Shown piece by piece: positions 26,190 to 36,169 of a DNA stretch of 42,919 nt. Numbering within the stretch: position 1 is the stretch's first letter; the number at the start of each line of letters is the position of its first letter. Below the pieces are notes generated by a model. That model worked only from the letters and a program-made list of their open reading frames with translations, made no database searches and was not told the DNA's origin. The DNA is from Candidatus Hadarchaeum sp. (GTDB lineage: Archaea; Hadarchaeota; Hadarchaeia; Hadarchaeales; Hadarchaeaceae). Location of the stretch: NCBI GenBank assembly GCA_020725055.1, contig DYFS01000004.1, positions 1 through 42,919 of the forward strand, given 5' to 3'. A program made the position numbers and the translations under genes.

Positions 26190-27020
26190 ATGGCAAAAAT
26201 AGACCAACTGCTTCAACTGGTTGAGAAAAAGAAGGTGAAAGCGTACGACCTCTCGCAGCAGCTAGGGATCCACACGCACTTCTGGCCGTACTATCCCCCC
26301 TTTGAGATGAAGTACTTCAAGCGCAAGCCGGAGCACGGGGTGAACGCCCAGTACATCCAGAGCTCATGGCACATCGGCACCCACCTCGACGCGCCCCGGC
26401 ACTTCCTGACGCGGGGCAGAACCATCGATCAGTTACCCTTGGAGTGGACATTTGGCCCGGGTGTAATCGTGGATTTGAGGGACGAGATGGACGACTTGGC
26501 TGTCTATACCCCGAAGATGATAGAGGAAAGGGTGGATGTGCACGACGGGGACATCCTCATCCTCCACACAGGTTGGTACAGGTACGCTGCGTACGGACCG
26601 GAGCCAGACGAAGAGCGCTACATACACCGACATCCTGGATCTCACCCAGACATGGTCGATTGGTTGATCAAGAAGAAGATACACATCTGGGGTGTTGACG
26701 CCGTTTCCACGGATCACCCGATGGACTTGCCGATAGGCAGGTTTCTGGGCAAGGGCACGTTCGGCCAGTGCGACAGGGTCCGGGCCCTCTGCGAGAAAAA
26801 GTTCGGTGGTGAGGAAGCCGTGGACAAGCTCTTCCCACCCGAGGACTACCAGCTGACCCACAACAAACTGTTCCCGCACGACTGCATCCACTTGGAGAAC
26901 CTGGGCGGACAGATAAGCAAACCAGAGCTTCAAAACAAGCGTCTGACCATCGTGTGCTCTCCGATCTTGATTGAGGGCGCGGAATCGGCTTGGACGCGGG
27001 TGCTGGCGTTACTCGGGTAA
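26190..27020 (+). CDS. Cyclase-family (kynurenine formamidase-like) metal-dependent amidohydrolase
   Basis: HIGTHLDAPRH (HxGTHxDxPxH), GVD..S.D and H...ENL motifs; AGGAGG RBS. Confidence 0.9.
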   Translation: MAKIDQLLQLVEKKKVKAYDLSQQLGIHTHFWPYYPPFEMKYFKRKPEHGVNAQYIQSSWHIGTHLDAPRHFLTRGRTIDQLPLEWTFGPGVIVDLRDEMDDLAVYTPKMIEERVDVHDGDILILHTGWYRYAAYGPEPDEERYIHRHPGSHPDMVDWLIKKKIHIWGVDAVSTDHPMDLPIGRFLGKGTFGQCDRVRALCEKKFGGEEAVDKLFPPEDYQLTHNKLFPHDCIHLENLGGQISKPELQNKRLTIVCSPILIEGAESAWTRVLALLG

Positions 27021-27032
27021 GTCAAGCTTCGG

Positions 27033-27070
27033 CCCCGCAAAGCACAAAATGCGGGGGCGCGCTTATTTTT
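27033..27070 (+). terminator. Hairpin CCCCGCA-N10-TGCGGGG followed by a T-rich tract after the cyclase gene
   Basis: 7-bp stem at 27033-27039/27050-27056, then TTATTTTT. Confidence 0.5.
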
Positions 27071-27109
27071 CGAGGAGCTGGAGGGGTCGCATAGGTTTGT
27101 CTGTCGAAT

Positions 27110-27310
27110 CTAGGGGATGAGTTGATATCGCTCGCCACATTTAGGGCAAGTAAAATCGATAACTGGTTTGCCGGTGGGAGCGGGGACTAGACCGCCGGAC
27201 AAGCACGATAAACAATACAAATTCTTTCGGCCCCATTTTTCCGTTATTACTCGCGTCCGCTGAGATGGACTTTAATCGGCTGCTATTTCCGGCACCAGTT
27301 CCAGCTTCAT
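27110..27310 (-). pseudogene. Truncated DpnI/Dam-replacing family endonuclease remnant
   Basis: Manual translation: MKLELVPEIAAD*SPSQRTRVITEKWGRKNLYCLSC...KPVIDFTCPKCGERYQLIP*; resembles the DpnI N-terminus; internal TAA at 27272-27274. Confidence 0.75.
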
Positions 27311-27374
27311 GATAACACACGGTATATTCTGCATGATGCGGGATCTAAAACTTTGCGCAAGCTATTTAAAAATT

Positions 27375-28943
27375 CTAAGCTTCCTCAGCCCACGTGAACT
27401 TCCTCTGCAGGGTATTCGGGTAGATTTTCTTCCAGTCGTACCCGATCTCTTTCGCCCACCTCACGTAGTGGCGCGGGTCGATGTAGCTCTTGAGCGATGT
27501 CCCTAGGTTGTAGTCCCGCGTGGCCTTGACCAGCTTCAACTTTAACTTGGCGGCCTTTATCTTCTCGTGGAGGCTCTTCATTTGCTTTGTGCGTGAGCGT
27601 GAGCGCGGCCTCGCCTTGACCTCTTTCAGCTTGGCCTCTAATGCTTTCAGCCTGTCCACCATTTTTGCCAAGGACTCCTTCCAGTTCTTCGGGAGCTTTC
27701 GCTTGTGGTTGCAGGTGATTGCTGCCTCGAGGTTTGCCATCGTGGCCACATATTTCTTTTCAATCTCTGGGCTCTCGGGTCGAACCTTGGTACTTGCCAA
27801 GTAGCCCCTGACCACTTTCGACGCATGGTATGTCCTGAAAACCTTCGCCGTGAGCCAGGGTGCCGCCTCGCCCAGAAAGGCATTGACCATCTCCGAGCAA
27901 ATCCCCGAGAAGACCTGCTCCCTAGACTTCCCAATAAAAGATCTCAGGTTGTCCACGACCTCGGGCGGAGGCCTGATTGTTTTTACCCACCTCACATAAT
28001 CCTTGCCGATGAAGTCAAACTTCACGTTTCCGGAGTCGTCTACCTTGATATGTGAGCCCCTGAGGGTGCTGGCCCCGACGGTGTTCGCTTCATCCTTGTC
28101 TTTCTCATCGCCGACCCTCATCTTCAAGGTGTCTATCAGGTATGCTACGGTGGCTATCTTGCGCCGGGTGATGTCCTCAGATGTAAGGTTTGTGTGGATG
28201 TGATGTCGGATCTTTTCAAGGAGTTGTCCCAATTCCAGTGCCTTGTTAAACTTCTCGATCTCTCGCTCCTGTTTGAAGCGCGCGCTGTCGGCTATCCAAA
28301 CGTACTTGAGTTCTCCGCTCAGCTTGTCCCGCCATTTAGCTATCCAGAGGGCGTCAGGGTCGAATTCCCTGCCGCCCCAATGCCCCCCGCCAGGAGGCCT
28401 CGGGGTTGGGGCATCAGGCGACAGATTCAGAATTGTGTCACCATAAGCGGCCTTCGGCTTCCACCTGCCTCTGAGCGGATGTTTTCCCCGCCCCATAAAA
28501 ATGCAGGGCGGCTCGACGGTGTAGTTGCTGAGTTCCACCCGCTCCCCGTTGAGGGTGGCGTACCCGTACTTCTCCTTGTTTGCCTCACGAGTCTTCTTCC
28601 TCATCTCGGCAAGCTTCTTTTTCTCCTCACGCGACATGCCCTCGCGCTTGGCCTTTTCCTCCTCGACCTCGCGCTGAATCTCAGAAAAATCGAAGTCCTC
28701 TATCCGGGAGGAGGTTTCGATCCCCAGAGCCTTGGAGAAATCGCCCACGAAGTTTTTGACGAAGACAGGATCTTTCACATAGTCCGTCCCCAGCTTTTTG
28801 ACCCACGATACCGCCATTTCTTCCTGGTCAGGGGTCAACGAGAGCTTCCTCCCTCTGTGGCTAATGGTAAAACATTTGGGTTCGTATGTCGGGACTAGAA
28901 CCCCATTATGAATCAACTGGTGTATCCTCGCAGACTGACGCAT
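27375..28943 (-). CDS. DNA topoisomerase IB (eukaryote/Thaumarchaeota-like)
   Basis: L.HNGV, EPP.IF.GRG.HP.RG, RVGDEK, DF.GKD, KVFRTY.AS, CNHK and TS..SYIDPR with catalytic Tyr. Confidence 0.93.
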   Translation of the reverse strand: MRQSARIHQLIHNGVLVPTYEPKCFTISHRGRKLSLTPDQEEMAVSWVKKLGTDYVKDPVFVKNFVGDFSKALGIETSSRIEDFDFSEIQREVEEEKAKREGMSREEKKKLAEMRKKTREANKEKYGYATLNGERVELSNYTVEPPCIFMGRGKHPLRGRWKPKAAYGDTILNLSPDAPTPRPPGGGHWGGREFDPDALWIAKWRDKLSGELKYVWIADSARFKQEREIEKFNKALELGQLLEKIRHHIHTNLTSEDITRRKIATVAYLIDTLKMRVGDEKDKDEANTVGASTLRGSHIKVDDSGNVKFDFIGKDYVRWVKTIRPPPEVVDNLRSFIGKSREQVFSGICSEMVNAFLGEAAPWLTAKVFRTYHASKVVRGYLASTKVRPESPEIEKKYVATMANLEAAITCNHKRKLPKNWKESLAKMVDRLKALEAKLKEVKARPRSRSRTKQMKSLHEKIKAAKLKLKLVKATRDYNLGTSLKSYIDPRHYVRWAKEIGYDWKKIYPNTLQRKFTWAEEA

Positions 28944-29003
28944 GGAAATCATCCTAGTCGTCTGTCGTTTTTAACCTCATAAAATTAATCGAAACAGGGG
29001 GCT

Positions 29004-29471
29004 CTAAACTTTTCTAGAAGCGTCCAAAATAGCATCGATTATTTGCCGGTAGCCCGTACAACGACAGAGGATCCCACCTATCGCCTCTTTTATCTCTTCC
29101 TCGGTGGGGTGGGGATTGCGCTTGAGAAAAGCGGTGGCAGCGATGATGAATGCCGGGGTGCAGAAGCCGCACTGCACCGCCCCGTGCTCTATAAAAGCCC
29201 TTTGCACGGCGTTGAGCTCCTCCCCCTTGGAGATGCCCTCCACCGTTGTGACCTCCCGCCCGTCAACCTCTACTGCCAGCGCCAAGCATGATTTCGTGGG
29301 CACCCCGTCGATCAGCACTGTGCAGAGACCGCAGTCCCCGCGCTCGCACGCGTGCTTTGTGCCGGTCATCTCCAATTCCTCCCGCAGAACTTGGAGCAGG
29401 GTTCGGTTCGCCTCAACCTCAAGCTCGTAGCTCTGCCCGTTTACCCGAAGTGAAATCTTGTGTCTTGACAT
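29004..29471 (-). CDS. Xanthine dehydrogenase family (2Fe-2S)-binding small subunit
   Basis: GTK.AC..GDCG.CTV...SC and QCGFCTP...CRCTGY. Confidence 0.94.
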   Translation of the reverse strand: MSRHKISLRVNGQSYELEVEANRTLLQVLREELEMTGTKHACERGDCGLCTVLIDGVPTKSCLALAVEVDGREVTTVEGISKGEELNAVQRAFIEHGAVQCGFCTPAFIIAATAFLKRNPHPTEEEIKEAIGGILCRCTGYRQIIDAILDASRKV

Positions 29472-30329
29472 CTAGCTACCTCCCAAAAGCTCCTCAAGGG
29501 CTCGCCGAGTTAGGGCCCCCGCCATGTGCAGGCGGTACTCCTTGCCACCCCGCACGTCCGTGATCGGGGCGATTTTCTCTCGAACTACTGAAACAGCTCG
29601 CTCGATTTGCTCACCCAACGGACCTTCTCCCTCAAAAATTTTCTCAACCTCGAAAACGCGGAGCGGAGTTTTGAACACAGAGGACAAGGCAACCCGCATT
29701 ATTCGCCTCCCCGAGTTCGCCACTAATGCTGCCACCCCAACTACTGCCAAATCCTCGCCGCGCGTGCGCCCCCATTTGTAATAACCTCCTTTGGCCCCCT
29801 CAGGCGGATTTGGGATTCGCACGGCGCGGACGAACTCCCCTGGCTTGAGCGAGGTTCGCTTGACGCCCGTGAAGAAATCTCGAATCGGGATGATCCGCTC
29901 GCCATCCTTTCCCGCGACTTCTACCTCGGCGTCGAGCACGAGCAACGCTGGGGCTGTGTCGGCCGCCGGGGAAGCGTTGCAGATGTTCCCAACCAGCGTG
30001 GCGCGGTTTCTTAGTGTTGGATCTGCCAGCACGCCCACAGCGCTCCAAAGCACCGAGAAGCGCTCTTTGACAACTTCTGATTCAAGGAGCTCGTTCAGCG
30101 TAGCGGTTGCCCCAATCCTCAGCCCGCGTTTTTCATCCCACGAGAGCCCGCGTAGCTCCCCGATGCCTTTGAGATCGATTACGTATCTCGGCCGGATGAG
30201 CTTGTCCCGCATTAGCACGAGCAGGTCGGTGCCCCCCGCAAGTAGCTTCGCGTCTTCTCCATACTCAGCCATGAGGCCAACGAGTTCCTCCGTCGTCTTG
30301 GGTCTGAGGTAATCGAATTTGGGTATCAT
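29472..30329 (-). CDS. Xanthine dehydrogenase family FAD-binding medium subunit
   Basis: LAGGTDL, RNRAT..GN.CNASPAAD and DVRG..EYR motifs. Confidence 0.94.
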   Translation of the reverse strand: MIPKFDYLRPKTTEELVGLMAEYGEDAKLLAGGTDLLVLMRDKLIRPRYVIDLKGIGELRGLSWDEKRGLRIGATATLNELLESEVVKERFSVLWSAVGVLADPTLRNRATLVGNICNASPAADTAPALLVLDAEVEVAGKDGERIIPIRDFFTGVKRTSLKPGEFVRAVRIPNPPEGAKGGYYKWGRTRGEDLAVVGVAALVANSGRRIMRVALSSVFKTPLRVFEVEKIFEGEGPLGEQIERAVSVVREKIAPITDVRGGKEYRLHMAGALTRRALEELLGGS

Positions 30330-32659
30330 TTTCGCCCCTCCGCTCGCTTGAGCTCCAACCAGACCTTTTCCCGGCTCATGGGCAGGTCGTAGAGGTCCAC
30401 CCCAGTTGCATCGTAGATAGCATTCGCAACCGCTGGTCCGATCGATATCGTTGGGTGCTCGCCTATCCCTCGGGCGCCGTAGGGGGCGTTATGCTTGGGG
30501 TTTTCGATCAAAATGGGCACGAATTCGTCAGGGATATCAGGCGCCCGGAAAATCTTGTAATCCGTGAGGTTGTTGTTGAGCAACACTCCCTTTTCGTTAA
30601 AAATGAATTCCTCACTGAACGTCGTTCCAAGACCCTGAACAACGCCTCCATAGATCTGGCCCCTCACGAGCAATGGGTTGAGGGCTTTTCCGAGGTCAAG
30701 GGCTGTGACCACTTTCAACACACGGACTTCACCGGTTTCCGTATCAACCTCAACCTCGGCCCCTTGCGCTCCAAAGGTCCACATGAGCGCGGGTAACCCT
30801 TGGCCGGTTTCAGGGTCCAAACCCGTTAGCCCTTCGGCGGTGTAATAACCATAACCGAGGATCGGCCCCTTGATGCCCGAGCCACTCGGCAGGATGCCAC
30901 ATGTCGCGATTGTTCCCAGCGGCAAACCTTTTTCTGGTCTACCTTCTGCGAGAACCTTTCCATCGGCCAGGGTTAGCTTGTCTTTGGATACCCCTAGAAG
31001 CTCGGCTGCTGTTTCCTTTATCTGTCCCCTTGCATCCTCGATCGCACGAAGCACCGCGTTACCATCCATGAAAGCGCCGCGACTTGCGACCGTTTGCCAG
31101 GAGTAAGGCGCGTAGTCTGTTTCCTGCCTGCTCACCACTTTGACTTTTTCGACTGGAATTTGCAGCCCCTCCGCCACCATTTGGGCGAAGGCGGTTGCGG
31201 TTCCTTGGCCCATCTCAATCAGGCTAATTGAGAGGGTGGCCGTCCCGTCCTCGTTGAGCTTCACGATGGCTGAAGAAGATGTGTAGGGGGGCATCGCGGG
31301 GGCTTTCCACAGAGCAGCTATCCCAATCCCCCTAACCTTCGTGCCTTTCCGCTCGGGCTTTTTCTTCCCCCACCTCAGCTCTTTTGCAACAGCCTTGATG
31401 CACTCGTCAACTCGCCCACAATCCTCACGGAGTTTTTCACCCGTAACGGTGATGCACCCCGGCAGAGCTGCGTTTTTCAGGCGGAACTCGACTGGATCCA
31501 TCCCAATCGCTCGGGCAACCAAGTCCATCTGTCGCTCGATCGCCCAGTGGAACTCGACATGGCCGAACCCCCGATAAGCCGTGCCGTACGGGTGATTCGT
31601 ATAGACGGTCAGGCTATCGCACTTCACATTCGGGATCTCGTAAGGTCCACTGCAAGAATAGCCTGCTGCGCGCCCGATGTTCACGCCGTAATCCGCGTAG
31701 GCCCCCGAGTCCCAGATGTACTCAATCTCCCCGGCGACGATTTTCCCATCTCGTTTAACCCCCGTCTTTATGCGCGCGTGCATCCCCTGGCGAACCGCCG
31801 CGGTGTTGAACTCCTCCTCGCGGGTCATCACGAGCTTCACCGGCCTCCCCCCAGCTTTCTTGGAGAGGAGGACGACAAGCGGCTCCCAGTGAAGCCCCGC
31901 TTTTCCACCAAACCCCCCGCCGACGTAAGGCACCTGAACGTTGATTTTGTGAATCGGCACGCCCAACCCGACGCTCAGCAGGTGCCGAACGGCAAAGGGC
32001 GATTGGGCGCTCGACCAGACGTTTATCTGTCCGCTTGGCAGCCACTGCCCAATCGACGCGTGGGTTTCCATTTGAACGTTTTGAACCATGGGCTGGTTGA
32101 ACTCGTTCTCCACGATCACGTCTGCCCCCTTGAAGCCGCGCTCCACGTCGCCCTTTCGGAGCTTGAAGTGGTTTGCAATGTTCGTGTGCGGCTTCGGGAA
32201 CACGAATGGAGCGTGTAAGTACTCGTGCAAGTTCTCGTGGACGAGCGGAGCATCGGTTTTCAACGCTTCACAGGGGTCGAAAACTGCGGGGAGCTCCTCG
32301 TATTCGACCTTGATCAACTCGACCGCTTGCTCGGCTATCTCCTCGGTATCTGCGGCAACTGCGACAACGGGCTCTCCGACGTGTCGAACCTTCTCGCGGG
32401 CGAGCATGTATTTATCCGTCATGTAGATTCCGAACTGGTGGGGAATCTCCTCCCCAGTTAGAATAGCTCGAACGCCCGGGAGCTTCTCCGCTTCAGATGT
32501 GTCTATCTTAAGGATGCGAGCGTGAGCATGTGGACTCTTTAGCAACCTGGTGTAGAGCATCCCCTGGAGTTTCATATCGGCGGTGTAGAGGGCTGTGCCC
32601 GTCACCTTCTCACACGCATCGATGCGCGAGATTTCTTTACCGACGTATGAATACTTCAT
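30326..32659 (-). CDS. Xanthine dehydrogenase family molybdopterin-binding large subunit
   Basis: KVTG.A.Y..D, GGGFGGK, AYRGFG, EMGQG, TVASR, GQ..GG..QG.G and GARGIGE motifs; ATG at 32659. Confidence 0.94.
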   Translation of the reverse strand: MKYSYVGKEISRIDACEKVTGTALYTADMKLQGMLYTRLLKSPHAHARILKIDTSEAEKLPGVRAILTGEEIPHQFGIYMTDKYMLAREKVRHVGEPVVAVAADTEEIAEQAVELIKVEYEELPAVFDPCEALKTDAPLVHENLHEYLHAPFVFPKPHTNIANHFKLRKGDVERGFKGADVIVENEFNQPMVQNVQMETHASIGQWLPSGQINVWSSAQSPFAVRHLLSVGLGVPIHKINVQVPYVGGGFGGKAGLHWEPLVVLLSKKAGGRPVKLVMTREEEFNTAAVRQGMHARIKTGVKRDGKIVAGEIEYIWDSGAYADYGVNIGRAAGYSCSGPYEIPNVKCDSLTVYTNHPYGTAYRGFGHVEFHWAIERQMDLVARAIGMDPVEFRLKNAALPGCITVTGEKLREDCGRVDECIKAVAKELRWGKKKPERKGTKVRGIGIAALWKAPAMPPYTSSSAIVKLNEDGTATLSISLIEMGQGTATAFAQMVAEGLQIPVEKVKVVSRQETDYAPYSWQTVASRGAFMDGNAVLRAIEDARGQIKETAAELLGVSKDKLTLADGKVLAEGRPEKGLPLGTIATCGILPSGSGIKGPILGYGYYTAEGLTGLDPETGQGLPALMWTFGAQGAEVEVDTETGEVRVLKVVTALDLGKALNPLLVRGQIYGGVVQGLGTTFSEEFIFNEKGVLLNNNLTDYKIFRAPDIPDEFVPILIENPKHNAPYGARGIGEHPTISIGPAVANAIYDATGVDLYDLPMSREKVWLELKRAEGRK

Positions 32660-32711
32660 CCTACCCCATCTCTGTCGAGTAAGGGGAATTAAAAAGTTTA
32701 TGCCAAAAGCT

Positions 32712-32930
32712 CTAGCCACCGCCGACCGTCGGAACCAGAAGCAACTCGTCTCCATCCTTCAATTCGCTTTTTTTATCGGCGGGGATTCCATTCAACCTGA
32801 TCAAAGCGATAGAGGCGGGGTGGTACCTGAGCTCTTTTAAAACGTCTTCTACCCTCATGCCCTCTTTATATCCTATTTCTTTCCACTCTCTGCCCGCGGC
32901 GATTTTTACCCTTATCATGAGGCTTCCCAT
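32712..32930 (-). CDS. MoaD/ThiS family sulfur carrier (ubiquitin-like)
   Basis: About 70 aa, NG...LKDGDE.....VGGG C-terminal di-glycine; alternative ATG at 32918. Confidence 0.85.
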   Translation of the reverse strand: MGSLMIRVKIAAGREWKEIGYKEGMRVEDVLKELRYHPASIALIRLNGIPADKKSELKDGDELLLVPTVGGG

Positions 32931-32995
32931 TTTTGATATCTGACCGAGATGTCCAAAAGTTTATTCCCTCATCCATTTTCTCTTTTTTTGGGATC

Positions 32996-33412
32996 TCAGA
33001 TGACCTCGACCATCCCCTCTTTGCTGACCATAACGGCGAAATCTCTGAGGGCCTTTCTGCGCTTGAGGTTTTTCCACCCGAGTGTTTCCGTAATCAGCCT
33101 CACGACCTCAGAGTAGTTGTGGGAGACCTTTATGCGCTTCCTGTCGGCTTTGCTGAAGACTCGCTCGGAGACTTCGTAGACGTTGGAACCAGCTTTTACG
33201 TCTATTTTGATCGGCCACTTGATGGTCTCGATAAGCTTCAAGGTATTCCTCGCCCTGCCGATGTTTTCTTCCGCCGTCTTCAGGATAGCGCTGACATTAG
33301 ACCGGCTCGTGCGCAGTTCCGCCGCTATTTTCGCTAAAGTCCGCCCCTCGCGCCTCATCCTGAGAACTTCGAACTGCCTTTTCGTGAGATGAGTATCTTT
33401 GATGTTAACCAT
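32996..33412 (-). CDS. tfx: Tfx family DNA-binding protein
   Basis: T.LT.RQ.EVL..R..G.T...IA..L.TSR.NVS.I...A.ENI..ARNTL signature. Confidence 0.85.
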   Translation of the reverse strand: MVNIKDTHLTKRQFEVLRMRREGRTLAKIAAELRTSRSNVSAILKTAEENIGRARNTLKLIETIKWPIKIDVKAGSNVYEVSERVFSKADRKRIKVSHNYSEVVRLITETLGWKNLKRRKALRDFAVMVSKEGMVEVI

Positions 33413-33484
33413 TTTTGGTTCACATTTGTCTATTTATTGACTTTTTTATTTAAATTTTTGGATGCGGATGCAGGGGGGCCAAAT

Positions 33485-34642
33485 TTGACCCGCTTCAGGT
33501 TTAACCGAATAGAGCTCGCTGGCTCCCTCGGCGACTTGGGGACAATGCTGCCACTGCTAATCCCTCTAGTCGTGATAAACGGGGTCAACGCCACGATAGC
33601 CCTGCTTTTAGTTGGGCTCTTCTATCTGGGGGCTGGGCTCTATTACAAGATCCCGGTCCCGGTGCAACCGCTCAAGGTTATGACAGTAATCGCCATCACT
33701 GGGGGCTTCTCCGCCCAGATGATTGCCGCTGCAGGATTAATCATGGGCATTTTCATGCTGTTTTTGGGTGCGACGGGACTAATCGACCAAGTCGCCAAGG
33801 TGTTTTCAAAACCGGTCGTTCTGGGGATACAGGTTGCTCTCGGCATTCTCCTGTTCATGAAGGGTGTCCAGTTTATCCTAAACTCAAAGCTGTTCGTCAG
33901 CGGTGAAACTGTCCTCCTCACAGGGGTTCCGCTAAATCCCATAGCCGGCTTGGCTGGCATGTTGATCGCGGCGCTTCTCCTCACAAATAGAAAAATCCCA
34001 GCGGCGATCGTGTTGGTCCTCTTCGGGTTTTTGGTCGGCTTAGCCCTCAAGCCCCCAAGCCTCACCTTTGGACCGCAAATTTCTCCCCCACAAGTGCCAA
34101 CGATGGCCGACCTCCAAGCAGCGTTTTTGTTTCTGGTCATCCCCCAGATTCCGGTCACGCTTTCCAACGCTGTGATCGCGACCTCCGACCTCGCCAAGAA
34201 GTACTATGGAAAGAGGGGCAGGAAGGCTTCTCCCCGGGCGCTCACCAGCACCATTGGGGCCGCAAACCTGGCTGCGGGAGGGCTGGGCGGCATGCCGATG
34301 TGCCACGGGGCCGGGGGCTTGGCCGCGCACTACCGCTTCGGAGCAAGGACCGGTGGAGCAAATCTGATAATCGGTGGAATTTTCGTGGCATTGGCCCTGA
34401 TATTCGGCTCAAGCGCAGTTTCTGTCCTCGGGGCTATTCCCCTATCAATTTTGGGCGTTCTCTTGGTGATCACAGGGATTCAACTGATGATGTTGGCTAT
34501 TAATGTCAGGGAACAAAAGGACTTTCTTGTGGTGTCAGTGATTGTGGGCCTATCCGTGGTCGTAAACATGACAGTCGCTTTTATGGCTGGCATAGTACTT
34601 CACTATATGCTGAAGTGGTGGAGCCCATGGTCAAGCGGGTGA
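33485..34642 (+). CDS. MOT1-family putative molybdate/sulfate transporter
   Basis: ELAGSLGDLGT..P, P.PVQP.K, PQIP.T..NA.IAT and PMCHGAGGLAAHYRFGARTGGA; TTG at 33485 after GGGGGG. Confidence 0.88.
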   Translation: MTRFRFNRIELAGSLGDLGTMLPLLIPLVVINGVNATIALLLVGLFYLGAGLYYKIPVPVQPLKVMTVIAITGGFSAQMIAAAGLIMGIFMLFLGATGLIDQVAKVFSKPVVLGIQVALGILLFMKGVQFILNSKLFVSGETVLLTGVPLNPIAGLAGMLIAALLLTNRKIPAAIVLVLFGFLVGLALKPPSLTFGPQISPPQVPTMADLQAAFLFLVIPQIPVTLSNAVIATSDLAKKYYGKRGRKASPRALTSTIGAANLAAGGLGGMPMCHGAGGLAAHYRFGARTGGANLIIGGIFVALALIFGSSAVSVLGAIPLSILGVLLVITGIQLMMLAINVREQKDFLVVSVIVGLSVVVNMTVAFMAGIVLHYMLKWWSPWSSG

Positions 34643-35601
34643 AAGCCGAGGACGCAATCGGGAAGCGGCTTGCCCACGATGTTGTCCGCTACGGGCCCGG
34701 GCTCAAGTCCGTCCTGTTCAAGAGGGGGCATGTGATCACTATCGCGGACGTGGAGCGGCTGAAAGACACCGGGAATTACTCCGTCTACGCCGCAGGGAGG
34801 GGGGAAGAGGGGGTCCACGAGGACGAAGCTGCGACTAGGATGGCTCAGGCTTCGGCGGGTGAAAACGTTTTTTGGGTGAGACCAAACCAGGGAAAAGTAA
34901 ACTTGCTTGCAAAGGTCCCCGGGCTCTTGAAGGTCAAGGCCGATGTCATCAAGCAGATCAATCTCATCGATGATTTCATTTTCTCCACCCGGCCCAACTA
35001 CACAGGGGTTAAAAAGGGAGGGCTCGTGGGCTCCGTCAAGATAGTTCCGCTGATGGTGGGCGGGGGCCGCATGAGGAAGGTGGAAGAAATCTTGAAACGA
35101 AACAAGCCCGTCCTCAAGGTGACCCCCACAAAGGTCAAGAAGATTGGTATCGTTATAACAGGAACTGAGGTTTACGAAAAAAGGATAAAGGACGCTTTCC
35201 TGCCGGCCCTGAGGGAGAAACTCGCGGGCTACGGTTTGAAGGTTCGGGAAACAGTCGTTGTGCCAGACGACGAGGAAAAAATAAGAGAGAAAATCATCGG
35301 CTTCAAGCGGGAGGGCTGTGAACTCATCTTGGTCGCGGGCGGGATGGCGGTCGACGCAGGGGATGTTACACCAGCCGCGATAAGGAAAACCGGTGCAGAA
35401 GTCATCTCACGCGGCGTCCCGGTCTTCCCTGGCTCTATGATGATGCTCGCCTACCTCGGCAGCACGGCGATTATGGGCCTCCCCGCGTGCGTGTTCGTCG
35501 ACAAGCGAACGAGCTTTGACCTGCTCCTGCCGCGGGTCCTTGCGAAGGAAAAAGCAACGAAGGCCGAGCTCGCGGAACTCGGGCACGGTGGGCTACTGTG
35601 A
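34627..35601 (+). CDS. Molybdopterin-binding protein (MoeA-like)
   Basis: AIG..LAHD, HEDEAA, TGTEV....I.D.F, GGM.VD..D.TP and PV.PG.M motifs. Confidence 0.82.
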   Translation: MVKRVKAEDAIGKRLAHDVVRYGPGLKSVLFKRGHVITIADVERLKDTGNYSVYAAGRGEEGVHEDEAATRMAQASAGENVFWVRPNQGKVNLLAKVPGLLKVKADVIKQINLIDDFIFSTRPNYTGVKKGGLVGSVKIVPLMVGGGRMRKVEEILKRNKPVLKVTPTKVKKIGIVITGTEVYEKRIKDAFLPALREKLAGYGLKVRETVVVPDDEEKIREKIIGFKREGCELILVAGGMAVDAGDVTPAAIRKTGAEVISRGVPVFPGSMMMLAYLGSTAIMGLPACVFVDKRTSFDLLLPRVLAKEKATKAELAELGHGGLL

Positions 35602-36158
35602 TAGGCGCTATCGTGCTTGCCGCTGGTGAGTCGAAGCGGATGGGCGAGCCGAAGCCGCTTGTCAAAATCAAAGGTAAGCGCATGATCGAGTGGGTAATCT
35701 GTTCCTTCGAGGGCACGGCCGATGATATAATCGTCGTGTTGGGGCATGAACCAGAGGCCGTAAAGCCGGTGCTGGAGAAGCTCGGGGTGCAGTGGGTGGT
35801 GAACGAAAATTACCACGAGGGAATGGCTTCCTCGTTCAAGAAGGGTCTCAAAGAACTTGAGGGTTGTGACGCGGTTTTTTTGGCGTTAGGGGACCAGCCG
35901 CTCATCGATCGAGATTTTTTGAAAAGGGCAATTGGTGTTTGGAAAGGCGGAGCGAAAATCGTAAGCCCGGTGTACAAAGGGAAGAAAGGGCACCCAGTTC
36001 TCTTTGATAAAAGTTTATTCAGCGAAATTCTCTCACTTAAAAAACAAGAGACAGTTCGAGATATCATTCACCGACACACCGGCGAGCTTCAACTCATCGA
36101 AGCAGAAAAATGGGCCCTTGTAGACATCGACACGCCCGGAGACCTTCAAAAGATTTGA
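35598..36158 (+). CDS. mocA: Molybdenum cofactor cytidylyltransferase (MocA-like NTP transferase)
   Basis: LAAG.S.RMG.PK, GM..S...G, LGDQP, GHPV.F and DIDTP.D motifs; XDH context. Confidence 0.82.
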   Translation: MIGAIVLAAGESKRMGEPKPLVKIKGKRMIEWVICSFEGTADDIIVVLGHEPEAVKPVLEKLGVQWVVNENYHEGMASSFKKGLKELEGCDAVFLALGDQPLIDRDFLKRAIGVWKGGAKIVSPVYKGKKGHPVLFDKSLFSEILSLKKQETVRDIIHRHTGELQLIEAEKWALVDIDTPGDLQKI

Positions 36159-36169
36159 AAGTTTCGTGA

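Noticed and set aside
29004-32659. Aerobic CO dehydrogenase (CoxLMS) or a selenocysteine-containing enzyme
   Set aside because: The active-site loop is AYRGFG, not the AYxCSFR of form I CoxL, and there are no in-frame TGA codons needing readthrough.
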